This document shows, one piece after another, positions 35,986 to 45,014 of a DNA stretch of 64,000 nucleotides. Within the stretch, counting starts at the first letter, position 1; each line of letters opens with the position of its first letter. Source of the DNA: Myxococcota bacterium (GTDB taxonomy: Bacteria; Myxococcota_A; UBA796; JAJRTE01); the NCBI GenBank assembly GCA_024278455.1, contig JAJRTE010000133.1, positions 9,658 to 73,657 on the forward strand. The letters run 5' to 3'. The notes beneath the pieces were generated by a model. It worked only from the letters and a program-made list of their open reading frames with translations. It did no database searches and had not been told where the DNA came from. The position numbers were made by a program, and so were the translations under genes.

Positions 35986-36912
35986 ATGGGCAGTCGTATT
36001 CTGAAGGCCGCTGCAACGGCCGCCATCCTGCTGCTCCCGGTGCCGAGCAGCCAGGGGGCCACTGACACGCGGGCAGACGATGATCCCGGCACCGACACAT
36101 CGGAGCGTGCGCCTGGAGGCATGGTCCTCATCCCGGCAGGAACCGCGTTCATCGGTATTGACGAAGACGAGCTGGACCAGTTGGTGGAGATGGGTTCGGA
36201 CGTCCCGCACATGGACGGCCTCCATGCCCTGCAGTGGTTCGGCGACGAGACGCCACGCCACGAGGTGGCCATCGCCCCCTTCTACCTGGACATCCGCGAG
36301 GTGACCAACGGCATGTTCCAGGCGTTCGTGGAGACGACGGGGTATGAGGCCGAGGGAGACTGGCGCGCCTACGCCGGCGAAGGACGCGAGGCCCACCCGG
36401 TGGTCAACGTCACCTGGCACGACGCGAACGCCTATGCCCAGTGGGCCGGGAAGCGGCTTCCGACCGAGGCGGAGTGGGAGTATGCGGCCAGGGGCGGCAG
36501 CAGCTTCCGCTGGTTTCCATGGGGAGACAGGCCCGACCCCGCCCTGGCCAACTGGCGGCACGAGGGGGAGTCCTTCCTCGACGGCCTGGGCCGCCTGGTC
36601 TTCGGCCGGAAGATCCGGACCACGCCCGCGGGCGTGTTTCCCCCCAACGGATTCGGCCTCCACGACATGGTGGGCAACGCGGCCGAGTGGTGCGCCGATA
36701 CCTACGGTGTCTATCCCGGCTTCGCCCTCGAGGAGCGGTTGGGCGAAGAACAGGGTCCGGACGGGGAAAACGAGACGCCGCGGCGTGTCGTTCGGGGCGG
36801 TTCGTGGGATGCGCCCAACCCCGTGTTCGTCAGGATCACCGCTCGCAACGCATTCCCTGAAACCCATGCGTCCTCTCGCATCGGGTTTCGCTGCGCTCGA
36901 GACGCACGATGA
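35986..36912 (+). CDS. Formylglycine-generating enzyme (FGE-sulfatase/SUMF1) family protein, secreted
   Basis: AGGAGG RBS 5 nt upstream of the ATG. Signal peptide MGSRILKAAATAAILLLPVPSSQG. Motifs VTWHDANAYAQWAGKRLPTEAEWEYAARGG, NAAEWCAD, RVVRGGSW. Confidence 0.8.
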   Translation: MGSRILKAAATAAILLLPVPSSQGATDTRADDDPGTDTSERAPGGMVLIPAGTAFIGIDEDELDQLVEMGSDVPHMDGLHALQWFGDETPRHEVAIAPFYLDIREVTNGMFQAFVETTGYEAEGDWRAYAGEGREAHPVVNVTWHDANAYAQWAGKRLPTEAEWEYAARGGSSFRWFPWGDRPDPALANWRHEGESFLDGLGRLVFGRKIRTTPAGVFPPNGFGLHDMVGNAAEWCADTYGVYPGFALEERLGEEQGPDGENETPRRVVRGGSWDAPNPVFVRITARNAFPETHASSRIGFRCARDAR

Positions 36913-38681
36913 AGGCTCGAGGATATAGGACCGGACGCCAGGGACTCATCATGCTCACCGCCTTCGGATGGTTTCTTGCCGGGCACCCGGGATCCGCCCG
37001 GGGGGAGAGCGGCCCGCCGGACACGATCTATTACCACGGCAACGTCTTGACCATGGATGAAGACCAGCCTCGAGCCCAGGCCATCGCGGTCAAGGGGGGA
37101 CGCATTCTCGCGGTCGGCCGGGACGAAGCCATCCTGCCCCTGGCCGGGCAGGGGACGACGCGAATCGACCTGGACGCCAGGACCGTTGTTCCTGGCTTCA
37201 ATGACAACCACGTCCACACGTTCGCGACGGGTTCCTTCCGAGGTTCTCCTGTGTTGTGGGGACTGACGTGCGAGGAGGTGGCCGAGGTGGTCAGGACCGC
37301 GGCACTCGAGGCGGGCCCTGGTGTGCGCATCACCGGGAACGCCTGGGACTACCCCACATGCCCCCGCCCGCACAGGTCGATCCTGGACGAGGCGGCGCCG
37401 GACAACCCGGTATTCCTCGTCCAGTATTCGGGCCACGCCGCCTGGGTGAATTCTCGCATGCTCGAGGCGATGGGGATCGACGCGGACACGCCCGATCCGG
37501 AGGGAGGGCAGATCGTCCGCGACGATGATGGGGAGCCGACGGGGATCTTGCGCGACCGTGCCATGGGGTCCTACCAGTTGCAGAACTACAGGCGAGAACT
37601 GCTGTCCCGGAAGGCGCACCGGGCCGCCGTGGACCGGGCGCTCGAGCTGTACCGCCGAGCGGGCATCACCAGCGTCCAGGACAACACGTGGGAACCGCTG
37701 ACAGCTCACCTGCTGGTCACCTACCGGCGCCACGACCGGTTGACGTGCCGGGTTTCGGTGTGGCCTTACGGCGAGTCGCCCTGGCTTCGTCCGCTCATGA
37801 AGCTCGTCGCATACGACGATACCTGGATCCGGCCAGGGCCGACGAAGTACTTCGCCGACGGGGCCTTCTCCACGCGGACCGCCTGGCTCACCGAACCCTA
37901 TGCCGACGAGCCAGACAACACGGGTACCGCCTACCATGACCCGGACGACCTGGCCGACCTGGTATCCAAAGCCGCCCGGAAGCGGCGGAGGCTCGCCATT
38001 CACGCCATCGGCGACCGGGCGGTGCACGAGGTTCTGAACGCCCTCGAGGCCGCCCAAGCCCGCTATCCCTGGACGAAGACCCTGCGGATGCGCCTGGAGC
38101 ACGTGCAACTCGTCCGGCGGGACGACATTCCCCGGATGAAGGCGCTGGGCGTGGTGGCCTGCGTCCAGCCCTTCGCCCTCGCCACGCCCGGCAAGGATGT
38201 CGTACTGCTCGGGGAGGAGCGCGCCACGAGGGCCTACCCCTACAAGACGCTGCTGGACGCCGGTATCCCGGTCTCGTTCGGCTCGGACAACCCGGCGGAA
38301 GTGGACTACGAGCCCCTGCTTGGCGTCTACTACGCCGTCACGCGCCAGGACAAGCGCGGAGAGTTCGAGGCGTTGGCCCCGGCGGAGCGCATGACGCCGG
38401 AAGAGGCCATCCGGTGCTACACGATGGGGTCCGCCTACGCGGAGTTCATGGAACAGGAGAAGGGGTCGATCACGCCCGGGAAGCTCGCGGACTTAGTCGT
38501 GCTCTCCGACGATCCGACCTGGGTGGACGCCTCGAGGATCCCCGACATCACGGTGCTGCGGACCGTGGTGGGTGGCCGGACGGTCTTCTCGAGGATGCCT
38601 GCCACCGAATGGTCCGACGCCGTCGGGGGAGGGGCAGCGGCTCCAGCGACCCTGAGTAGGCCGGGAGTGACCGGGGCATGA
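36909..38681 (+). CDS. Amidohydrolase family (amidohydrolase-3/YtcJ-like) metal-dependent hydrolase
   Basis: ATGA overlap with the FGE gene. GFNDNHVHT metal-binding start motif. LAIHAIGDRAV, VQPFA and FGSDNP are typical amidohydrolase-3 motifs. Confidence 0.8.
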   Translation: MKARGYRTGRQGLIMLTAFGWFLAGHPGSARGESGPPDTIYYHGNVLTMDEDQPRAQAIAVKGGRILAVGRDEAILPLAGQGTTRIDLDARTVVPGFNDNHVHTFATGSFRGSPVLWGLTCEEVAEVVRTAALEAGPGVRITGNAWDYPTCPRPHRSILDEAAPDNPVFLVQYSGHAAWVNSRMLEAMGIDADTPDPEGGQIVRDDDGEPTGILRDRAMGSYQLQNYRRELLSRKAHRAAVDRALELYRRAGITSVQDNTWEPLTAHLLVTYRRHDRLTCRVSVWPYGESPWLRPLMKLVAYDDTWIRPGPTKYFADGAFSTRTAWLTEPYADEPDNTGTAYHDPDDLADLVSKAARKRRRLAIHAIGDRAVHEVLNALEAAQARYPWTKTLRMRLEHVQLVRRDDIPRMKALGVVACVQPFALATPGKDVVLLGEERATRAYPYKTLLDAGIPVSFGSDNPAEVDYEPLLGVYYAVTRQDKRGEFEALAPAERMTPEEAIRCYTMGSAYAEFMEQEKGSITPGKLADLVVLSDDPTWVDASRIPDITVLRTVVGGRTVFSRMPATEWSDAVGGGAAAPATLSRPGVTGA

Positions 38682-38732
38682 AAAAAGCGCCCCGAACCGT
38701 TTCGGTCACGGTGGGAGCACGCTGAAACGCGC

Positions 38733-39236
38733 CTAGCCGGGGTTCGGTGTCCAGGTCCGCTTGCCCGAGAAGTCCGATACCTTGTCCCAGAGGCCGTCTG
38801 GGCAATCGCCGAACACGTGGCCCTCGAGCCTGTCGTAGTAGCCGTCTCCGTCGTCGTCGATACCGGTGCCGTTGACGACGTCCGTGCAGTAGACCGGTAC
38901 ACCGTTCATGTAGTAGTAGGCCGTCATCTCCCACTGGAACCGGTTGTCGCTCCAGACCCCGCGGCAATCGAGTTCCTCGAGATCGTACCCGAAGATGTCG
39001 TCCTCCGGGGTCCAGTCGGTGAACCAGCAGATCAGGTCACCATCGGCGTACTGGTAGAGATCGTAGTACGAATCCATGTAGTCGAACGCATTGTCTCCCC
39101 ATTCCTGGTGACACGAGAATGTCCCGGTGAACCCCGTCAACTCGAACGGCTCCCCGCAACTGTCGATGCCCATCGACAAGAACGCCGTGACCGCGGCGAG
39201 GATGACCGGGAGATAGCGCTTCGTGCCTTGTCTCAT
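38733..39236 (-). CDS. Small secreted Cys/aromatic/Asp-rich lipoprotein-like protein (167 aa), unknown function
   Basis: ATG preceded by GGAGG. Signal peptide MRQGTKRYLPVILAAVTAFLSMGIDSC. Six Cys. Repeated D-rich/W/Y segments (GTGIDDDGDGYYD). Confidence 0.4.
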   Translation of the reverse strand: MRQGTKRYLPVILAAVTAFLSMGIDSCGEPFELTGFTGTFSCHQEWGDNAFDYMDSYYDLYQYADGDLICWFTDWTPEDDIFGYDLEELDCRGVWSDNRFQWEMTAYYYMNGVPVYCTDVVNGTGIDDDGDGYYDRLEGHVFGDCPDGLWDKVSDFSGKRTWTPNPG

Positions 39237-39454
39237 GTCCTCTGCTCCTCCATTCAGATTGCTACGATGAGTACCGTGCAGCGCGCCCAGGTTGCCGATG
39301 TCGACGACGCGCGGAACGGCGCCAGCCATGGCCCGCGTCCCCTTGCCGGCAGGCTCGTCGTCCCTATTGTTGTTCATAGGCAAGGAACAGACCGATCCAG
39401 GACCGCTGATCGGAACTGCCTCGGCCCCATCGAAGCCAAACAAGGGAGCGGAAA

Positions 39455-40558
39455 ATGTCCTATCATGATACCAGGCAATTGTCCAGGGAACCCGTCGTAC
39501 CAGCCGCCATCGGCCCGTGGGTGAACACGCTCGCCTTCCTGGCCGCCATGGTCGCGCTGGCCGGCTGGGTCGGCTTCCTCGTCGCCGGACGGCCAGGGGC
39601 CTTCGTCGCGCTGGCATTGGCCATCGGGTCGAGCTACGTGGGCTCCCGTCACGCAGACCTGGTGCTGTTGCGGCGCGTGCATGCGCGGCCCATATCGCCG
39701 GCCGCGGCGCCCCAGTTGTGGTCCATCGTTCGGAGCCTCGCGGAACGTGCCGGGGTGCCGGCTCCGAGACTCTGGCTGATGCCGTCCGATCAACCGAACG
39801 CTTTCACCGTGGGCCGGGACCCGGAGCATGCAAGTATCGCCGTGACACACGGGTTGCTGCAGGCACTGGATTCTCGAGAACTGGCCGGCGTCCTGGCGCA
39901 CGAAGTGGCCCACATCCGCAATCGCGACATCCTCCTGATGTCGTTCGCCAGCACGATCACCGCGATGTTCGCATCGATGGGACGCCCGCTGTGGGCGCTC
40001 ATCCTGTTCGCCGCGCCGCTGCTCCTGGTCCTGTCCCCGGGCATTTTAGTGCTGGCCGCCCTGTTCGGCCTGGCGACGATCGGCGCCCTGCTGCTCCAGT
40101 CGGCGCTGTCTCGAGAACGGGAGTTCGCCGCCGACACCACCGCGGCCTGGCTGACCGGAGACCCGGTGGGGCTCGCCACCGCACTTCGCCGGATCGAGCG
40201 GTCCAACACGACCTTCTGGCGCCTCCTGTTCGGCGGGTTGTCCCAGGATGAATCCGCCTCCCCGTTCCAGAGCCACCCGCCCACCTCCGAACGGGTGGCA
40301 CGGCTGCTGAGCACCGCCCAGGCTCGAGACGCGTTGCCGCACCGGGCGTCTTCCCAGGCCGGACAGGTCCTGGACATCTCGCCCGGAACACGGACGTGGC
40401 CGTTCGAGGGGGCCGCCGGTCCGTTCCAGCGAACGAGACGCCGGAGGACGTGGCCGTTCGATTTTCAGGACGACCTCTTCTTCACCGGCGAGGTTGGCGC
40501 GGTCGAGGGATGGCAGCCCGTCCGCCCGGTCCACTGGGTTGTGTGGCGAAGCTGCTGA
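39455..40558 (+). CDS. htpX: M48-family zinc metalloprotease, HtpX-like
   Basis: Two N-terminal TM helices. QPNAFTVGRDPEHASIAVTHGLLQALDSRELAGVLAHEVAHIRNRD contains HExxH. Two additional TM helices. REFAADTTAA (third zinc ligand region). Confidence 0.75.
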   Translation: MSYHDTRQLSREPVVPAAIGPWVNTLAFLAAMVALAGWVGFLVAGRPGAFVALALAIGSSYVGSRHADLVLLRRVHARPISPAAAPQLWSIVRSLAERAGVPAPRLWLMPSDQPNAFTVGRDPEHASIAVTHGLLQALDSRELAGVLAHEVAHIRNRDILLMSFASTITAMFASMGRPLWALILFAAPLLLVLSPGILVLAALFGLATIGALLLQSALSREREFAADTTAAWLTGDPVGLATALRRIERSNTTFWRLLFGGLSQDESASPFQSHPPTSERVARLLSTAQARDALPHRASSQAGQVLDISPGTRTWPFEGAAGPFQRTRRRRTWPFDFQDDLFFTGEVGAVEGWQPVRPVHWVVWRSC

Positions 40559-40622
40559 TCCGGGGGTGTCTCCCCGCAGGTCTCCCGCCGTTCGAGCCCC
40601 CCCTGCCCGGATAGACCGTCAT

Positions 40623-42596
40623 TCATTCCACGTAGATGACGAGATCGAGGAAATCGCAGCCGCCCTCGGAGCAGTGCATGCCCACACGACCAGAGCGGAC
40701 CATCGTGTCGGCACTGCCCAGGTGGACCGTGTTGCCCCCGTAGGTCAGGTCGAAATAGGCGCCCGAGGAGTCCATCTCCACCGACAGGTCGTAGGTCTCG
40801 TTCTGCCAGGTGCCGGTGTTTTCGATGTCCAGGATCTGGGAGGCATTCTTGGTGATGGAGGGACAGGTGTCCCCGTGGGAGCACTGCGCTCCCTGCTGCG
40901 CGTCATAGGGGTCGCTGAGGAAGAATGCGTAGCCGAACGTGGGGCCCCACGCGGAAAACCCGGTGCCGAAATCGATACCGATCCTCGGCCCGGCATCGTT
41001 CCACCGGTCCGTGTAGAGCGACAGGTCGATTCGAACGAGGGAGGCGTTGTCCACCAGGAAGTTGTACCAGCAGACGATGTCCCTATTGTCCGGACACCAG
41101 ACGCTGAGCGCCCCGTCCACGATCCCGTCGTTGGTGCACCCATTGGTCTCGCAGACCAGATGGCTCATGACGTCCGGATCGTCGAACGAGATCACGGTGG
41201 TGCACGGGCCGTAGTCGCCGTCACAGTCCTGGTCCACGTCGTCGCAGGCTTCCGGCGCGTCCGGATGGATCTCCGCGTCCCCGTCGTCGCAATCACCGGC
41301 AGGGTCGCCAGATTGCGCTTCCCCGCTGTCGAGGCAAGACGTGTCGTCAGACGCCACCACGGACGTGTCATCCGGCCGATAGCCATCCCCGTCCTCGTCC
41401 ACGTAGCAGGTCTCGGTACCGTCGCAGTCTTCGTCGACGCCGTCTCCCACCACTTCCGTGGCGCCCGGGTGGATGTCAGGGGCTCCGTCATCGCAGTCGG
41501 TGGCATCGGCCACGTGGCCGACCGGCGCGCCGCACGCCAGGGCTTCCGTGCCAGGATCCCCGTAGCCATCTCCGTCGGCGTCCGCGTAGAACACCTCGAG
41601 AACGCCTTCATCGATATCGCCGTCGCAATTGTCGTCCTTTGCGTTGCACGTCTCTTCCGCCAACGGATTGACGCCGGGATCCTGGTCGTCGCAGTCGCCG
41701 TCCGCGGCGACAAAGCCTTCCGGTGCCTCGCAGGCCTGGGCCGCCACGTCCGCGGTGCCGAAGGCGTCGCCGTCACTGTCCTGGTAGAAGGTCGCCAACA
41801 CACCCTCGTCCACATCCAGGTCACAGTCGTTGTCCCGACCGTCGCACACCTCATCGGCCCCGGGATGGCTCGAGGCGTCGCTGTCATCGCAGTCGTCCCC
41901 GTTTGGAACGCATGTCTCGCACAGTTCGCACGCCGTGCCAGCCTCGATCGGATCACCGTACCCATCTCCATCGAGATCGTAGTGGAAGGGCAAGGCGTCC
42001 ACAGCGTCGTCCTCGTCGATCGTCCCGTCACAGTCGTCGTCCTCGCCGTTGCAGCGTTCGTCCGCGCCGGGATACTGGAGGGGGTCGCCATCGTCGCAGT
42101 CGAGCGCCGCGACGGCCCCGTCTCGATCCAGGTCCACCGCAGGCGTCGAGGTCGGCGGCACCGGCGTGGGGGTCGGCGGCACCGGCGTGGGGCTCGGCGG
42201 CACCGGGGTTGGGGTCGGCGGCACCGGGGTCGAGGTCGGCGGCTCCGGCGTGGGGGTAAGGGGCGCTGCGGTCGGGGCCGGGGGAACGACCGTCGGCGTT
42301 GCCGGTTCCGGCGTGGGCGCGACCGGGTACGGTGATGGTGTCGCAGCCTGAAGCGGGGGGGTCGGCGCGGGTGCAGAAGGCGTGGGTGTGGCCGACCCCG
42401 CGGGCGGCGTGACAGTCGGAGATACGACCACCTGGGTGGGCGTTGCCGCGGCCGGGGTGGGCGAACGCACAGGCGCGGGAGACACGGGGGGACTCGAGGC
42501 ATCGTCGTCCGACGTATCAGGGCAACCGGTCAGAGCAAAGCAGGTTGCGAGCGTCAGGACTCGGCGGGCACGATGGAGCCATCTCCAGGAAAACAT
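40623..42596 (-). CDS. MopE-like Cys-rich metal-binding-repeat lipoprotein with Pro/Thr-rich linker and C-terminal beta-sandwich-like domain
   Basis: Lipobox [10 protein letters not shown]. Roughly 130-aa PT-rich linker ([20 protein letters not shown]). At least 6 repeats of DCDDxDxxxxPGAxExCDGxDxDCDG. 657 aa. Confidence 0.55.
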   Translation of the reverse strand: MFSWRWLHRARRVLTLATCFALTGCPDTSDDDASSPPVSPAPVRSPTPAAATPTQVVVSPTVTPPAGSATPTPSAPAPTPPLQAATPSPYPVAPTPEPATPTVVPPAPTAAPLTPTPEPPTSTPVPPTPTPVPPSPTPVPPTPTPVPPTSTPAVDLDRDGAVAALDCDDGDPLQYPGADERCNGEDDDCDGTIDEDDAVDALPFHYDLDGDGYGDPIEAGTACELCETCVPNGDDCDDSDASSHPGADEVCDGRDNDCDLDVDEGVLATFYQDSDGDAFGTADVAAQACEAPEGFVAADGDCDDQDPGVNPLAEETCNAKDDNCDGDIDEGVLEVFYADADGDGYGDPGTEALACGAPVGHVADATDCDDGAPDIHPGATEVVGDGVDEDCDGTETCYVDEDGDGYRPDDTSVVASDDTSCLDSGEAQSGDPAGDCDDGDAEIHPDAPEACDDVDQDCDGDYGPCTTVISFDDPDVMSHLVCETNGCTNDGIVDGALSVWCPDNRDIVCWYNFLVDNASLVRIDLSLYTDRWNDAGPRIGIDFGTGFSAWGPTFGYAFFLSDPYDAQQGAQCSHGDTCPSITKNASQILDIENTGTWQNETYDLSVEMDSSGAYFDLTYGGNTVHLGSADTMVRSGRVGMHCSEGGCDFLDLVIYVE

Positions 42597-42726
42597 GACA
42601 ACCTCCGGAAGAAGTGCTTCAGCGGACTACAAGAGGACCAGGATTGCGGGGGAGCATACCATCCTGTCCTGGATCGCGATTCGTTCGCAATCTTTTCTGT
42701 TCGGCCGGACCGACTTCTCCTCCATC

Positions 42727-42830
42727 CGGCCCGACAGCAAGATGGACAAGCGGAAGGTTATCGCGGTACACTGGGCCTTGGTCAGGGGCTGTACCGTCTG
42801 TCGAACGTGTTCGGTCACGAAGATAGGACC
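42727..42830. repeat. Direct repeat copy A (~105 nt) immediately upstream of the HEPN/MNT pair
   Basis: ccggcccgacagcaagatggacaagcggaaggttatcgcggtacactgggccttggtcaggggctgtaccgtctgtcgaacgtgttcggtcacgaagatagg. About 85% identical to 43672-43775, with a 37-nt perfect core (ggggctgtaccgtctgtcgaacgtgttcggt). Confidence 0.6.
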
Positions 42831-42855
42831 GTTCGTGCAACCTGGAGGCTGGCCC

Positions 42856-43269
42856 ATGAGCAGCGCAGAGAACATCCGGTGGCGGCAAAGGCTGGAGAGT
42901 TTCCGCAAGGCCCTGGCACAACTGGAAGCAGCGTGCGAGCTGGAAGAGTACTCGGAACTCGAACGCGCCGGGCTGGTGCAGATGTTCGCGTTTTCTTTCG
43001 AACTGGCATGGAAAACCCTCAAGGACAAGCTCTTCTACGATGGTTTCGACGAAAAAACACCGCGCTCGGTCGTGCGCAGAAGCTTTGAAGCCGCGTATCT
43101 CTCGGAGGAAGACTCGGAGATTCTCCTCGACGCTCTTCGCAGGCGAAACCTGCTTGCCCACACATACGACGAGGATGTCGCCGAAAGAGCTGTCAAGCTC
43201 ATCAAAGAAACCTATTTCCCTGTCTTGAAAAGGGCTTGTAGCAAACTGCAGGATACAGACGACGCATGA
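42856..43269 (+). CDS. HEPN-domain protein, nucleotidyltransferase substrate-binding (HI0074/HepT-like) toxin component
   Basis: GGAGG RBS. 137 aa. RQRLESFRKALAQLEAA...FELAWKTLKDKL...RNLLAHTYDEDVAE has the Rx4-6H HEPN motif and HI0074-family layout. Confidence 0.7.
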   Translation: MSSAENIRWRQRLESFRKALAQLEAACELEEYSELERAGLVQMFAFSFELAWKTLKDKLFYDGFDEKTPRSVVRRSFEAAYLSEEDSEILLDALRRRNLLAHTYDEDVAERAVKLIKETYFPVLKRACSKLQDTDDA

Positions 43270-43616
43270 CAGATGGGCTGAAGGACACGTATCGCGAAGC
43301 GATCATTGCGCTTTTCGCAGCATGTCCGCGGGTGGACCGGGCGGTGCTGTTCGGCTCCCGCGCGATGGGCACGTTCAGACGCACGTCGGATGTGGATATC
43401 GCGCTGTTCGGGGACGAGTTGACTATGGCCGACCAGGCCAAGTTGAAAGAACAAATCGAAGACCTGTCCATGCCCCAGTCGATCGATTTGCTGTTGTACC
43501 GGACCCTCGAGAACGACAACCTCCGGGAGCACATCCGCAGGCACGGCGTGGAGTGGTTCAGACGAACCGCCCCAGAGGATGTCCTCTCCACGAACGAAAT
43601 GGGGCGGCGAGACTGA
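43266..43616 (+). CDS. Minimal nucleotidyltransferase (MNT/MntA-like) antitoxin component
   Basis: ATGA overlap with the HEPN gene. AVLFGSRAMGTFRRTSDVDIALFGD carries the GSx10-13DxD nucleotidyltransferase motif. 116 aa. Confidence 0.75.
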   Translation: MTDGLKDTYREAIIALFAACPRVDRAVLFGSRAMGTFRRTSDVDIALFGDELTMADQAKLKEQIEDLSMPQSIDLLLYRTLENDNLREHIRRHGVEWFRRTAPEDVLSTNEMGRRD

Positions 43617-43671
43617 GGTGGGGTCGCCCCGGGCCTGAATGGAAGAGAAAAGGCATTCACGGGTGGCATGG

Positions 43672-43775
43672 CGGCCCGACAACAGGATGGACGGACGGAA
43701 CGTCATCGCGCTACACTGGGCCTGGGTCGGGGGCTGTACCGTCTGTCGAACGTGTTCGGTTCGGAAGAGAGGGGG
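43672..43775. repeat. Direct repeat copy B (~105 nt) immediately downstream of the HEPN/MNT pair
   Basis: gcggcccgacaacaggatggacggacggaacgtcatcgcgctacactgggcctgggtcgggggctgtaccgtctgtcgaacgtgttcggttcggaagagaggg. Confidence 0.6.
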
Positions 43776-44208
43776 ATCCGCCAATCGCCAGTCGGCAAAC
43801 GGGCAACACCCCGTCTGTCCAAGCGTGGAACGAGCCGGACCCGAAGGCCACAGATGGAGACGCGTGACATGTCGATCGTGGACAAACTGGCGTCGATGCA
43901 AAACAGGGCAGATGATCTCCCAAACCAGGAACTGGCCCGAGGAATCGCCGAAAGCAAGGATTCCGGGGCCATCGAGGAGATCGTTTGAGAAGGTGCCGTC
44001 CAAAGGACGTGGCACGGCATGCTGAATCTATCTCGGTAGCCGTGACCGGGAACGCGCGATCTGAGTTCCTGGACGTGTTGGAAGCTCGAAAGGACACGTT
44101 GACCACATCGCGACTGAAAAGAGTCAACAAGGTGCTCAGGGCTTCTCCCGCCGCGATCGAGGCGCCAAAATGGCCCCAGCGGGCAACCTTGCCACCTGGA
44201 GTTCGCCC

Positions 44209-44898
44209 ATGACAGGTCCGAAACGTGTCCTCGTCGTCTACTACTCCCTCACCGGACAGATGGAGCGCGTGCTCGACGCCCTCGTGCCGCGGCTCGAGGA
44301 GGCCGGGCACCAGGTGGACCGGCGCAAGGTCGTTCCGGTCCACGAATGGACGCTGCCTTTCGACCCGGTTCGCTTCTACGTGTACTGGGCCAGGACCTGG
44401 GCCGGAAAGACGCTTACGCAGCCCCTCGAGCCCATGGATTTCCAGGGGATCGAGCCGGATTGCGTGCTGCTGGGATTCCAACCCTGGTACCTGGCGCCGT
44501 CGATCCCGGTCAACAGCTTTCTCCACGGCGAGCATTCGGCGATCTTCCGCGACCGGCCGGTCATTGCGGTGATGACCTGTCGGAACCGCTGGGAGCGGGC
44601 GCTTCGTATCGCAAGAGACAGGATCGACGAGGCGGGTGGCCGGCTGATCGACGCGCTCGTCGTGCAGGACCAGGTACCCGAGCCGGCCAACATGGCGACC
44701 ACCTACTACCGCCTGATGGAGAACCGTGTGCCTCCTCCTGGCCACTGGATCGCGAGATTCCAACCGTTCGGTATCGGAGACCCGGCGGTGGATGTCGTGC
44801 GGGATTGGGGGCGGGACTTGGCCGTCCGCCTGACCGAAGACCGACTCGGCGACCGCCTCGGGTGGCGTATCGTCAACGGGCGGTTGAAGCTGGTGTGA
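44209..44898 (+). CDS. Flavodoxin-like fold protein (flavodoxin/NAD(P)H-dependent oxidoreductase-like), function unknown
   Basis: N-terminal KRVLVVYYSLTGQMERVLDAL is the classic flavodoxin-like first beta-strand/P-loop. 229 aa. Start chosen at the internal ATG after GGAG. Confidence 0.4.
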   Translation: MTGPKRVLVVYYSLTGQMERVLDALVPRLEEAGHQVDRRKVVPVHEWTLPFDPVRFYVYWARTWAGKTLTQPLEPMDFQGIEPDCVLLGFQPWYLAPSIPVNSFLHGEHSAIFRDRPVIAVMTCRNRWERALRIARDRIDEAGGRLIDALVVQDQVPEPANMATTYYRLMENRVPPPGHWIARFQPFGIGDPAVDVVRDWGRDLAVRLTEDRLGDRLGWRIVNGRLKLV

Positions 44899-45014
44899 AG
44901 ACGGGATGCCGTGTGCGCTCGAGAGGCCTGAAGCGAGCCGCGGCGGGCTGGTGTCCGCCCTGGGGGGGGAACCACTGCCACTCCGCCCGTCCCGGGTGCT
45001 CATCGAGCCTGCCA

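Noticed and set aside
33970-36912. 980-aa composite plus-strand ORF
   Set aside because: Only its last ~308 codons (35986-36912, the FGE-family protein with RBS and signal peptide) are real. The upstream part overlaps the carboxylesterase gene (34259-35923) in a different frame and is Arg/Gly-rich.
38690-38735. Putative rho-independent terminator between convergent amidohydrolase and lipoprotein genes
   Set aside because: I could not find a convincing GC-stem plus T-tract. The apparent inverted repeats (ccccgaacc / ggggttcgg) are not actually complementary.
40494-42335. 613-aa plus-strand ORF
   Set aside because: Antisense to the MopE-repeat lipoprotein, and its product is low-complexity (Val/Gly/Arg).
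43857-44212. Annotating the short ORFs after repeat copy B as a functional gene
   Set aside because: They lie in two different frames, have no recognisable family, and look like fragments. I mention them only as a possible degraded gene within the HEPN/MNT finding.
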